A stretch of 64,000 bases of DNA. It comes from a virus. The notes beneath the pieces were generated by a model. That model saw nothing but the letters and a program-made list of their open reading frames with translations. It did not search any database and was not told the origin of the DNA. Position numbers and translations under genes: made by a program. The number at the start of each line of letters is the position of its first letter. Position 1 is the first letter of the stretch. Location of the stretch: positions 1-64,000 of the IMG/VR virus record IMGVR_UViG_3300013126_000019; one strand, given 5' to 3'. This document shows positions 39,208-48,927 of the stretch, in pieces.

Positions 39208-42200
39208 TATCTAGGAGAATTAAGAAGTTTATTATTTGCAATTTTTAATGACATAAGTTTATCACGACTCTCTGTCTTAATGAGAACAACGTGGTTATAG
39301 TAATGTCTGAATTTTTTTCTTTGGGTAGCTACTTTTGCATAATCCAAGTTATTTGGATTAAGGTTTCTAATGTAACCATTTTCTTCAGTTTCCCAAATAG
39401 GTTGCTGAACTATAACCCCACCATTAACATATTCTCCACGATCTCTAGTAATATCCCAAAACTGATTAAATCTATACTTCTGCTCTTCCTTAGAAAACAG
39501 TATATCAATACTTGCTTGATTAATAATAGGATAGTTAAGCATTGCAAATGGGTCTTCTTTAGGCTTAAGGTTTAAATTAAGCATACCAGAAACCTGCTCT
39601 GAGTTATATATGATGGCATGATCAAAATTCTCATCTAGTACATGGAAAGAGTCAATTCCGTTTGGTGCAAACTTATAGGCTTCCATTATATACTCGATGT
39701 TTCTTGTAGTGTTTACAAGCTGACCGGTTTGAGCTATATAGTCAATCTCAAATGGATAATAGGTTCCATAGTAGTTACAGTAGTCATCAGATCTTAAATT
39801 GTGTCTCCAAATACCGTTGTCTTTAGTTGTGTAAAAATCTATAGGTGCAGAGATAACTAAATCAGGATGCCAGTCATGAAAGGATATCCAATATTTTTGT
39901 TTAGGGTCATAACTTACTGTCCACGATGTATCATTAAAGTATCGGGGATCACCCAAATAAATAATAACTGAACTGGGTTTACCATCTATAACAGGATGAA
40001 ATATATTGCCTGAATCATATACAAGTTGCGTAGGTGCATCAGGTCTTAGCATATAGTCCTTTTTACAGAAGTATACTATTTGATCATCATTATCATAAAT
40101 ACTTTGACAACCAATACCTATTACAGGATTATCAGTAAGTTGAAAATCTGGAAAATCCCATAATAACCTAAATGGTAAATACCAACTAAACCACCACTTC
40201 ATACCATTATTAGAAATCTCATCAAGACCTTGACCAATTGTAAAGACTTTACCTTGACTCTGACTCATCCAGAATAATCCAAATGGTGTATTAGTAGCTG
40301 CAAATTTATTTTGACAGGCCCCATACTGATTTGCAATTTCTGTATTAGTAACACTTTGCGGAGGTGTTGCAAACAAACCACCATCACCTAAAATAACTTT
40401 TGTGTTTAACTCAGTCTGAAGTGTATCTTGACCGGCATATAATAGCGGACTACCATCTTTAAACAATATTGCAAAACCTGTTTTATTAATTGATTTTATA
40501 GTTATAGGTTTTGTATTATAGTCTTGATAGTCGTTAGTTAGGAATACATCCCAGGTATCTTTTGGAGAATCTGAAGATGGTAAAGAGTAAATAATTCTAT
40601 AGGGTAGAGATACGTAACATGTTGCAGAAACGTAAGGGTCATAATATGTCTCTTGCATTTTACCCCATGAAATAAAGTTGCTAAACAAAGACGTATTACT
40701 TAAAGAGTAATCATACTTGTAGTAATTACCAACTTTAATTATCTGGGTATCAAACATCTCAGGAAGATCTGTATACGAATATGCATCATAATGTCTTCTT
40801 GATGGTTCATTATCCCAATCTCTATATGCAAGGTTAATTTCAGACTCAACATAGAAATCTCTAATACTTGAATTAAACAAGTAGAAGTATGCATTTTTAA
40901 GTGCAAATCTAAATTTAGAAGCACTTATATTAGCACTAGAGCTATCATTATCTCCTAAATTTCCATAATCACTATAATCAGAATTATAAGCAGTAGAAGA
41001 AACCGTCATTACTGGACAGTTAGATCCGCCTATAGGTAATTGATAAGTTGGGGAATTGGGGTCTGTATCAGTAATACAGTCATTAGGTATAGTATAATCC
41101 CAGTTTGGATTAGATACAACTGAATAAGTTGTCTGTTGGGTTACTCCCCCACTTACTCCAGGATTAACACCATTACCACCCTGTACATCTGTAATACCTT
41201 CAAATTCCTCTGGCGCAGCTCCTCTATCAAGGTGAGCAAGATTGCTTGGTATATTCCAATAATTAGTGTCAGTAAGATTCTGCAATACACTGGCTATAAA
41301 GCCTTGAGGTTCAAACTCTGTAAAGTCTGCCCAATATCTTGGATAACCAACCATATAATAATCCCGATAGTTAAATTCAGTGCCATCAGGAACATTATAC
41401 AACCAGTCATAAAAATAAAAGAAGGTATTTTTTTCAGTATATCTCCCTACATAGGTATCTCCACCAAATAATAAAGAAGAACTGTAAATACGTTTTTGTG
41501 TAATAGGTTTATTGTTATTTACAATTTCTCTACACGGTATAGGTATCTGTCTTACACTTTGTACTTGACCATATTGATTATCCATACGGACTTTTAACCC
41601 ACTATAATAACAAGAAGGTACAGTGCGTATTTCAGCTCTAGGATCTTTGTCGTGATCCCAAGGTTTATTTGGACCATGATAGTCTGGATTTGTTAAAGCA
41701 TCTCCATAATAGCTACCAATAGTCTGAGCAGTATTATCTGCTACAAATGGATTTTGTAATGTAGTAGGTGTACCATTACCATTACCAATATGTAAAGCCA
41801 CAGTTCTATGACGATACATATTATTAATTTTAAATTGCACTGTACTATTAGGTACAAAAAAGTTTTGAAAAGTTGGGTCTAAATATAAAGACTTATCAAT
41901 TCTTCTTCTTGTATTTCCCCAAACTGCATTACCTTTCCAATAAGTGTGAAGATTTGCATGGGCTAAATATCTCCATGCATAGTGTCTATATTTAACTAAA
42001 GATTTTATAATATCCATAGCCACACCCATACCTTGTGAAAAGTATTGACCTGTTAAAATAATACCCGATGCAACTCTTAATACTTTAGGTAAAGCTTGTA
42101 TATCAGGCTGCTCAATTTGTTTTTTGTAACGACCACCACTATAACCTGCTAGTAATGCTGATTCAGCAGCGTAACTCGCTTGTGTAGAAAGAGCAGCTGA

Positions 42201-44588
42201 ATCCAATCCCCCAAAGCCTGCAGCAATTCCTAACATATTAGCAAAGGATGAACCTGCAATATTTAAAGGTATATACCCGGTATTTGCAAGAGCTATGTTA
42301 GCAGCACTTGCTGTAGTATTTAATCCAGCAAGTGACTCAAAACCTTCTGTCTTTTTACCAGCTAATTTGAATATTAAAGCTTCAGCAATACCTGTTAAAG
42401 CACCTACAATAAAAGCTAGATCTGTTAGTAGTTTTTCTTTAGGATGTCCTGGTACAGGCTCCCAAGAACCTTTTGCTATATTTTTATTACCGAATATATG
42501 GGATGTTTCAGCATAGACTTTTAACTCTATTGGTGCAAGATATGGGTTTCTAAAGTTAGTTTCTGGTGAGTGAAACGTAAACATATCCTGTCTGTAGAAT
42601 CCGATATTGTCAGGATTTACAGAAGGGCCTTGTGCAGGATTATTTACAGTTCCTGAATAAGCCTCATACTCTGGGGGCGAATCACCAGGACCACCTTCAA
42701 GTTCTCTAGCTGATAATGCAGGATCTGCATATAAAGGATTATAGGGATAGTTTTGAAATAAACCAATTTCGGTACCATCCGTTTCACCACCAGTTACACT
42801 TTGTAATCTGTAGGTGCGCATATTGTTTAATAATCCTTTTGCAATAACTGTCTTATTACCAACACGGGTACCTCTTAATATTTCATAACCTACAACACCA
42901 GGGATGATATTACCATCATTATCTAGGGGTGTTTTTATATTTGAAAATTCTACACCTAGTAATCTTATAGCAATAGCATCACCTTGAGCATTAGTTCTAG
43001 TATGTGTTAAAGCATCATATATTGTTGATGTCTGACTACCATTAAATAAATAAATTAAATCAGCCGGCATCTTATGGTGCCTAATAGGCTTACCACATAA
43101 ATCATAGTCAATGTTAGATGTACCTGACCATAAACTGTTATAGGTAGCATTCCAAACTTGGGGCATATCATCAACGTATTTTTCAGATGATTCCCAGTAG
43201 CCCATTTTACCACGAGCAACTACAACACCTCCATCAGCTAATGTTTGTTGTGTTATACTTGTATGATATGCAGTATTATATACCTGCCATCTTTTTGGTA
43301 CATATGGGTCAACATCCTCTAGTTGTTCATATGCGTCAGAATTTGTTGTAACGTAATCATTTACACCATCCCATTCTCTATTTAACTCTTTTGCTCTACC
43401 CGGTATATGGTATGATGAACTTGTAGAGCCATCTTTATATACCCATCTAATCCAAAAAGCATACTGCTCATCACGCATATATCCTACATTAGTACCACCT
43501 TTTTCATAGTAGTCATTAGGATATTCTACCATAACCCAGTTAGTACTAATCTGATTAGCAAAAGGTTGGTAGTTAAAATCAAATTTAGCAGTAGGGCCTA
43601 TTCTAAATAAGTTGTCACCAATAGAAACCATTGATTCAGACTTATCATAGTTAATTCCTTTAAACGGAATAATCTTAATAGGAATATTTGGTAAAGACTC
43701 TTCTAAATTATCAATACCAATATGTTTTGTTCTAGTGCTGTATACACCAACTCTTTGAGCTGCTGTATTACTACCTACCATTTTTACTATAACTAATTCA
43801 AATTCATCATAGTTATCTACATCAAGATTGCTAAATTCAATATCTAGTGAGCCTTGAAGATTTGCATGATTAAATACACCGGCAATATTACTAGGAGGGA
43901 AATAATCTGTAGCTTTAACACTATTAACTGCATACGCTATAACTGCAAAATAAGAACCATTTGCAAGTGTACCGCCTGTTGTTCCTGTAGTAATATTAAT
44001 ACACGGACTATTAGAATTTCTATTAAGTAGGATAGCATCACAATCAAGGTGCGGAGTATCAACACATATTACGCATCCTGCTGCATCTGTAATACAGTTT
44101 TGCTGATAAGGAACTTTATCAACATTGATAGATCTATCAGGGTTATTATTATCAGCAAAGTATACTTGATAAGTGCAATCAAAATTCATTTTTGCTGCAC
44201 CGGTAACCAAAAAATCAGTACTAAAATTTAAACACTTGTCATTAACTACTTTTTTATATGCATCTGCATCACCACATTTAGCGGTGTCAAATAAACCAAT
44301 TTCCGAATCTGTATTATTAGTTGAAAAAATAGCCCATGTTGTTTCATACATATAGACAGCTCCTATAATGGTATATGGGGCTGATCCGCAGCTAAGATTA
44401 GAGCGCTCATTACTTAATGATCCAAGTTCACCTTCATTAGTATTATTAACCGCATTACGTGCATGAAACCACGCACCTTCTGGAAAATAAACTTCATCAT
44501 AATCTTTATAAAGCCCTTTATTAAAGGTCATTGTTCTAACTTCTGAACCAGAAGCCATAGAACCAGCAGATCTTTCTTTTTTAGCCAT
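39207..44588 (-). CDS. tail stabilisation / muzzle protein (P22 gp10-like, crAss muzzle family)
   Basis: 1793 aa; N-terminal FNKGLYKD...ARNAVN...GSLSNE, YFADNNNPDRSIN, GYMRDEQYAFWIRW, LFGGDTYV, WISFHDW; follows the ring-protein genes as in crAss-like phages. Confidence 0.8.
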   Translation of the reverse strand: MAKKERSAGSMASGSEVRTMTFNKGLYKDYDEVYFPEGAWFHARNAVNNTNEGELGSLSNERSNLSCGSAPYTIIGAVYMYETTWAIFSTNNTDSEIGLFDTAKCGDADAYKKVVNDKCLNFSTDFLVTGAAKMNFDCTYQVYFADNNNPDRSINVDKVPYQQNCITDAAGCVICVDTPHLDCDAILLNRNSNSPCINITTGTTGGTLANGSYFAVIAYAVNSVKATDYFPPSNIAGVFNHANLQGSLDIEFSNLDVDNYDEFELVIVKMVGSNTAAQRVGVYSTRTKHIGIDNLEESLPNIPIKIIPFKGINYDKSESMVSIGDNLFRIGPTAKFDFNYQPFANQISTNWVMVEYPNDYYEKGGTNVGYMRDEQYAFWIRWVYKDGSTSSSYHIPGRAKELNREWDGVNDYVTTNSDAYEQLEDVDPYVPKRWQVYNTAYHTSITQQTLADGGVVVARGKMGYWESSEKYVDDMPQVWNATYNSLWSGTSNIDYDLCGKPIRHHKMPADLIYLFNGSQTSTIYDALTHTRTNAQGDAIAIRLLGVEFSNIKTPLDNDGNIIPGVVGYEILRGTRVGNKTVIAKGLLNNMRTYRLQSVTGGETDGTEIGLFQNYPYNPLYADPALSARELEGGPGDSPPEYEAYSGTVNNPAQGPSVNPDNIGFYRQDMFTFHSPETNFRNPYLAPIELKVYAETSHIFGNKNIAKGSWEPVPGHPKEKLLTDLAFIVGALTGIAEALIFKLAGKKTEGFESLAGLNTTASAANIALANTGYIPLNIAGSSFANMLGIAAGFGGLDSAALSTQASYAAESALLAGYSGGRYKKQIEQPDIQALPKVLRVASGIILTGQYFSQGMGVAMDIIKSLVKYRHYAWRYLAHANLHTYWKGNAVWGNTRRRIDKSLYLDPTFQNFFVPNSTVQFKINNMYRHRTVALHIGNGNGTPTTLQNPFVADNTAQTIGSYYGDALTNPDYHGPNKPWDHDKDPRAEIRTVPSCYYSGLKVRMDNQYGQVQSVRQIPIPCREIVNNNKPITQKRIYSSSLLFGGDTYVGRYTEKNTFFYFYDWLYNVPDGTEFNYRDYYMVGYPRYWADFTEFEPQGFIASVLQNLTDTNYWNIPSNLAHLDRGAAPEEFEGITDVQGGNGVNPGVSGGVTQQTTYSVVSNPNWDYTIPNDCITDTDPNSPTYQLPIGGSNCPVMTVSSTAYNSDYSDYGNLGDNDSSSANISASKFRFALKNAYFYLFNSSIRDFYVESEINLAYRDWDNEPSRRHYDAYSYTDLPEMFDTQIIKVGNYYKYDYSLSNTSLFSNFISWGKMQETYYDPYVSATCYVSLPYRIIYSLPSSDSPKDTWDVFLTNDYQDYNTKPITIKSINKTGFAILFKDGSPLLYAGQDTLQTELNTKVILGDGGLFATPPQSVTNTEIANQYGACQNKFAATNTPFGLFWMSQSQGKVFTIGQGLDEISNNGMKWWFSWYLPFRLLWDFPDFQLTDNPVIGIGCQSIYDNDDQIVYFCKKDYMLRPDAPTQLVYDSGNIFHPVIDGKPSSVIIYLGDPRYFNDTSWTVSYDPKQKYWISFHDWHPDLVISAPIDFYTTKDNGIWRHNLRSDDYCNYYGTYYPFEIDYIAQTGQLVNTTRNIEYIMEAYKFAPNGIDSFHVLDENFDHAIIYNSEQVSGMLNLNLKPKEDPFAMLNYPIINQASIDILFSKEEQKYRFNQFWDITRDRGEYVNGGVIVQQPIWETEENGYIRNLNPNNLDYAKVATQRKKFRHYYNHVVLIKTESRDKLMSLKIANNKLLNSPR

Positions 44589-44590
44589 TA

Positions 44591-45493
44591 TTAAACTGCA
44601 TTATTGATGTTATAATCTATAGGTCTATAGTAAGACTTGAACATATCATAGTACTTAGAGTACATTGCTTTACGATTCATAGCCCATACTTTTTGCATTT
44701 CAGAGAAGTTAGGAGTATTTACAATACTTAAAGCGTTATTTCTGGCAGCTCTAAATTCTGCAGCAACAAGTTGATATTGACCTGATACATTTTCACCAGA
44801 CATAACAAGAGTTTCTAAAATTTTTTTCTTAAGCGCATACTCATAGTATTCATTAAGCATAGGATGATCTGGGACCATTAATTCACCATCTTCATTTTCT
44901 AGTGTACCTTGATAATTTATATAGATCTTACCGTCTTGAAAAGTGGTCCAAATAAAATTATCTTTGATGTATGCTTCATCTAATCCCTTATAAGATAAGT
45001 TAGGACACTCGCAATCAATGAATTGTGAATTCTTAAATCTAATAGGAAACATGCGGTTATAGGTTCTTGTTTCAGTGTTTACTACTTGGATTAGCTGATA
45101 GGCATCTCCACATTGAGTTAAACATACTGGAGTATTAGGCGTATTAACATTAGAACAATTGTTACCATCTACCCAACCTCTATAACTAGGTACAACTTGT
45201 TGAATATTAGTACCTTGAGGTGGAACAAATGATACTGTATAATCACCGCACAGTAATGCAAAATTCATCACATAAAAGTCATCCGGTAATCTTACACGCC
45301 CTTTCTCTACTTCAAGAACACGCTCTTTGGTCATATAGATTCTAAGACCTAAATCGTAGTTTGTCTTAATTGCAATTTTAATTAACGTTGCAGGATCAAC
45401 CTTACCTTCCAAAGACAAGCCTGGAAGATCTACTTTAACATCTTCTAAAAGTTGTTCAAAGGTTCTGTATTTAAGAGTGTAGTTGTAATTCAT
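44591..45493 (-). CDS. tail tubular / neck ring protein
   Basis: 300 aa; LPDDF and GKIYINYQG...GELMVPD motifs; position directly upstream of the muzzle gene. Confidence 0.65.
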   Translation of the reverse strand: MNYNYTLKYRTFEQLLEDVKVDLPGLSLEGKVDPATLIKIAIKTNYDLGLRIYMTKERVLEVEKGRVRLPDDFYVMNFALLCGDYTVSFVPPQGTNIQQVVPSYRGWVDGNNCSNVNTPNTPVCLTQCGDAYQLIQVVNTETRTYNRMFPIRFKNSQFIDCECPNLSYKGLDEAYIKDNFIWTTFQDGKIYINYQGTLENEDGELMVPDHPMLNEYYEYALKKKILETLVMSGENVSGQYQLVAAEFRAARNNALSIVNTPNFSEMQKVWAMNRKAMYSKYYDMFKSYYRPIDYNINNAV

Positions 45494-46164
45494 TATCTAG
45501 CAATGTTTTGTTTATCTGATATGGCCATATCTGATGGCACCTGCATACTAACCAGTATTGACTGAATTACTTGTTGCTCTATTTCTGAAAATAAATACTC
45601 AGGAATAGATAGTTGCTGTTCTTGTCTTAGTGTACAATCTGTTTTAGAGTCACAGGTAAAATTAGAAACATCATCTTCAAAAATACCTTCAACTTTTATA
45701 GAATCCCAGTCAATGTTTGGAAAATATAAATAACCATTAAGGTACCAATAATACTTTTGCTTATTATACTTAAACTTTGTAGTTTTAGTCATTGATACAT
45801 ATTGTGCAGGATCTGTTTTATAGACAGTGTAATAGCCGTCAATTGAGGTAACAGTTCTAAACAGGGGACCGTATGTACCTTCCATGATATTGGGAAGTTT
45901 ATCCTTAGTTCTTTTAATAGTTACCCCAGATTTGATATCACAACACGCCTCTACCTTATCTACCTCAATAAGATCAACGCAAGGTAAAGTTCTAAATAAG
46001 CTATTGTACTTAATAAGTTGATTAAGAGAGTCTTGTCTGCGTAAAAAGAATTTAGCAGACTTAATGATAAAGCTAAATATCAAACGGTCAGTAATAAAAG
46101 CATCTTGTGTCAAACCTTTTATTATAGAACGGACTCTTGAAACACTTTCACCAATTGTAGTCAT
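45493..46164 (-). CDS. neck ring protein (tail tubular-like)
   Basis: 223 aa; TLPCVDLIEVD...RTKDKLP...YYWYLNGYLY...GIFED pattern typical of crAss-like ring proteins; synteny. Confidence 0.6.
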   Translation of the reverse strand: MTTIGESVSRVRSIIKGLTQDAFITDRLIFSFIIKSAKFFLRRQDSLNQLIKYNSLFRTLPCVDLIEVDKVEACCDIKSGVTIKRTKDKLPNIMEGTYGPLFRTVTSIDGYYTVYKTDPAQYVSMTKTTKFKYNKQKYYWYLNGYLYFPNIDWDSIKVEGIFEDDVSNFTCDSKTDCTLRQEQQLSIPEYLFSEIEQQVIQSILVSMQVPSDMAISDKQNIAR

Positions 46165-46166
46165 AA

Positions 46167-46751
46167 TTAAAATTCAAATTCATTATATGTATCATAATCA
46201 AAGACTTCTTCAACAATAGGCATTTTGTCATACTCATATCTAAATACCTTTGCAAAAAGCTTTGATATATTATCTGCTGGGGTTAGCATTAAGTACTTTG
46301 CCCAGTTATTTTTATAATTAGCAGAGAATGATCTTTTAAACTGTCTTATAGGGACAAACCCCCATAAAGTTCTATCTTTTAAAATACCCTTCTCTGTATA
46401 GTTAGTATAAAATATTTTACCTAGATACCCATCAGTATTTAGGTTTACTTCTTTCTTTTCTCCACCTGCAGTACTATAACTTTTATAGATACCGGCATTT
46501 CTTTTTTTACAGGAGGCCCCTACTAAAATACCTAAATTTTCAGGTAACTTAACACCATCCCTTGTATTTATAACAGTTTGCCATATTTGTTCAGAATGAT
46601 GATTAATCACACTTTTAAAATCAGCATAGTCTAAATCTTTATACTTAGGATACTTTTCTTTAAACTCTTTAAACATCTCACCGTTAATTGTTGTAAGAAC
46701 TGTTTTCCTACAACGCGGTCCTTTTACATCTGGTTTTTTATTAGTACTCAT
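46167..46751 (-). CDS. IHF/HU-like DNA-binding protein of the crAss structural module
   Basis: 194 aa, basic; helix followed by DGVKLPENLGIL resembling the HU/IHF G-x-V-x-L-x-x-x-G strand; crAss-like synteny next to ring proteins. Confidence 0.5.
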   Translation of the reverse strand: MSTNKKPDVKGPRCRKTVLTTINGEMFKEFKEKYPKYKDLDYADFKSVINHHSEQIWQTVINTRDGVKLPENLGILVGASCKKRNAGIYKSYSTAGGEKKEVNLNTDGYLGKIFYTNYTEKGILKDRTLWGFVPIRQFKRSFSANYKNNWAKYLMLTPADNISKLFAKVFRYEYDKMPIVEEVFDYDTYNEFEF

Positions 46752-46825
46752 ACCCTTATAACAATTTACAAAATTTCTTTCAGCTTTAAAAGTAATACTT
46801 AATTACTTCGTATACAAATATTAGT

Positions 46826-46858
46826 GAAAAACCCCCAAGCCTTTGCCTGAGGGTCTTT
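46826..46858 (-). terminator. intrinsic terminator
   Basis: minus strand ACCCTCAGGC-AAAG-GCTTGGGGGT followed by TTTT, downstream of the 46894 stop. Confidence 0.75.
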
Positions 46859-46863
46859 CTGTT

Positions 46864-46893
46864 TAGTCACGCTAAACCAACAAACGTGGACTA
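46864..46893 (-). ncRNA. candidate 3'-UTR regulatory hairpin / sRNA seed
   Basis: minus strand TAGT-C-CACG [TTTGTTGGTTTAG] CGTG-ACTA between a stop codon and a terminator; the loop is complementary to AAACCAACAA(A) found upstream of three start codons. Confidence 0.45.
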
Positions 46894-47427
46894 TTATAAT
46901 GTCCGTATAATAATTATTGCACTTTCTGAGGTAGCTGTACCGCAGTCAGTTGTAACTTTAAAAAAGTATTGAGTACTAGAATTTAGGTTGGTTAACGTAT
47001 AACTAGTTACATTTAATCCTGAAATAGCGGTAGTTGTAGAAGGAGTTGTTCCATAAGATAGTGTATATGACTCAGCTCCGGTATCTTCCCAATTAATGAC
47101 AATTGCTGTAGTTCCTACATATGATGGATGTAAGTTTACCACAGCTGTACAATCGGGATCATAGCTATTAAAAGATAATGCCTGAAATGCATTTTCTAGT
47201 GTAGCTCCTGCAGGCAAACTATAGCCTGTAGTACCGGCAAAAGAACCAAAATTATAAATTTGGTAATCTAGATTATGTTTTACACAAGTATCCTGGATAG
47301 TTTCATAACACGGTGTTGGATCCGGGCAAACTGTATCAGGAGGGCAGGTGTATGTAGGCATGGTTGTAAGAGGTAAATCCTTACAACCACACTTATTATT
47401 TGTACAATTACATGTTTTACAAGCCAT
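46894..47427 (-). CDS. Cys-rich structural protein with C-terminal fibronectin type III-like domain
   Basis: 177 aa; N-terminal MACKTCNCTNNKCGC; FN3 pattern IVINW...YTLSY...YTLTNLNSSTQYFFKVTT. Confidence 0.6.
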   Translation of the reverse strand: MACKTCNCTNNKCGCKDLPLTTMPTYTCPPDTVCPDPTPCYETIQDTCVKHNLDYQIYNFGSFAGTTGYSLPAGATLENAFQALSFNSYDPDCTAVVNLHPSYVGTTAIVINWEDTGAESYTLSYGTTPSTTTAISGLNVTSYTLTNLNSSTQYFFKVTTDCGTATSESAIIIIRTL

Positions 47428-47432
47428 TTTTA

Positions 47433-48899
47433 TTAAGGTTTAGTAGTTACTGATGAATAAGGGCAATCTTTAATTACAGAGCCAATAATAACTCTCACTC
47501 TAACCTGATATGTAACAGCTGCTGTAAGTCCTGTTAGGGTTCCAATTACGGCTCCTGCTGCAGGATTTATAATTGTTTGACCGGTAACTATTGTTGTTAA
47601 AGCATTATTCCAACACTCAATAACATATGTTACAGGACTACTTATAAGATTAGTAAGTGAAAAATCAATTTCAGTTACATCGGCAGCATATACAATTGCT
47701 GGACAATATGCAGAATTTGTAACACTTGTTGTAAGTACTTGATTACATTTTAATTTGTTAGTAGGATCATCAGTACAAACATTAAGTGATACAGTGTAGT
47801 CCGTGTAAGGGTTTAAGGATGTAGCACCAATATTTATTGATACAGCTGCTCCGCCAACATTTGATACTACAGGAACTGAAGTTACATATGTATTACCGTA
47901 TGTATCTGTAATTGTAACAGCAGATCCACCTGAATAGCAATCTGTAAAAGTTCCACCAATTGTTCCTCCAATTGTAAGTAAAATATTTGGTGATGAATAT
48001 GTTGCCGTAATAAATAAGTTTACATCATCGCATGATGGAGCGCAGCAGGTAGTTACTACATTATAAAGCGCCGAGCGCATGTCACAAATTGTAATCCACA
48101 TATTATTAAGTGAATCTGCAACAGTATTGTAATTACCTGCAGTAATCCATCCGGGTAAACTACCCATATTAACTGAAGTATTAGTTAAGGATGGAGATGT
48201 ATCTAAATTTACACACTCTTGCGCAATAGCTGAATATAATTCTGTGGTAGTTCCTGTTGCTGTTTGTAATTCACAAAAAGCTGTTTCAAGATCTTCTACA
48301 AATGTTGCAATAGGAATATCTGTACTAGCCGATAAGCAACTAGTAGGAACTGTAATTGGTGGGATAACTGGATTACAGGCATCACAGTCTTCAAATACTT
48401 GAATACGTGCATCTAAGTCATCTAACCTTGCATTAACTACAACCAATTCTGCAACAATCTCACAAACTTTAGTAGCAATTGCCGTTGCATAATCTTCAAT
48501 AGATAATTGGGTTATAAGGTCACCGTATTGATTAGTTTTTTGAAAACAAGGCACAATAGATACCATGCAGTTTAAACTGTCTGTACAGTTAAATGTAGAA
48601 CTTTTTCCGCCTGTACCCTGAGACTGTTGACACAGCTGATCTATAATAAACTGAATAAGATCGTGAATGTTTTCAGGCTTAGGACAAATAGGAGGAAAGC
48701 ATGATACATCAAATCCAGTAATATCTAACTGATCTACTAATGTACAAAGCTCTGTTGCTACTTTATAAGTAACATCAGAAATGCTGTCCCCTTTGCATAA
48801 TGTAATGCATGGAATATCTGGCCCCTGCCAGATTACGCAGTTACTTGAAACAGGATTACATCCTGCTTGTGTATCTGAGGGTTGAATAGGAAGTGCCAT
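47433..48899 (-). CDS. Cys-rich tail fibre/spike-associated structural protein
   Basis: 488 aa; N-terminal CNPVSSNCVIWQGPDIPCI, a coiled segment, and C-terminal Ig/FN3-like strands (LTGLTAAVTYQVRV). Confidence 0.55.
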   Translation of the reverse strand: MALPIQPSDTQAGCNPVSSNCVIWQGPDIPCITLCKGDSISDVTYKVATELCTLVDQLDITGFDVSCFPPICPKPENIHDLIQFIIDQLCQQSQGTGGKSSTFNCTDSLNCMVSIVPCFQKTNQYGDLITQLSIEDYATAIATKVCEIVAELVVVNARLDDLDARIQVFEDCDACNPVIPPITVPTSCLSASTDIPIATFVEDLETAFCELQTATGTTTELYSAIAQECVNLDTSPSLTNTSVNMGSLPGWITAGNYNTVADSLNNMWITICDMRSALYNVVTTCCAPSCDDVNLFITATYSSPNILLTIGGTIGGTFTDCYSGGSAVTITDTYGNTYVTSVPVVSNVGGAAVSINIGATSLNPYTDYTVSLNVCTDDPTNKLKCNQVLTTSVTNSAYCPAIVYAADVTEIDFSLTNLISSPVTYVIECWNNALTTIVTGQTIINPAAGAVIGTLTGLTAAVTYQVRVRVIIGSVIKDCPYSSVTTKP

Positions 48900-48927
48900 A
48901 TCTTTAATTTACAAAAATTTATTCTAT

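Noticed and set aside
46886-46972. 28-codon plus-strand GTG ORF following the AAACCAACAAAC copy
   Set aside because: Antisense to a real gene, its start is buried in the hairpin stem, and no plus-strand promoter is evident. Kept only as an alternative explanation for the sRNA candidate.
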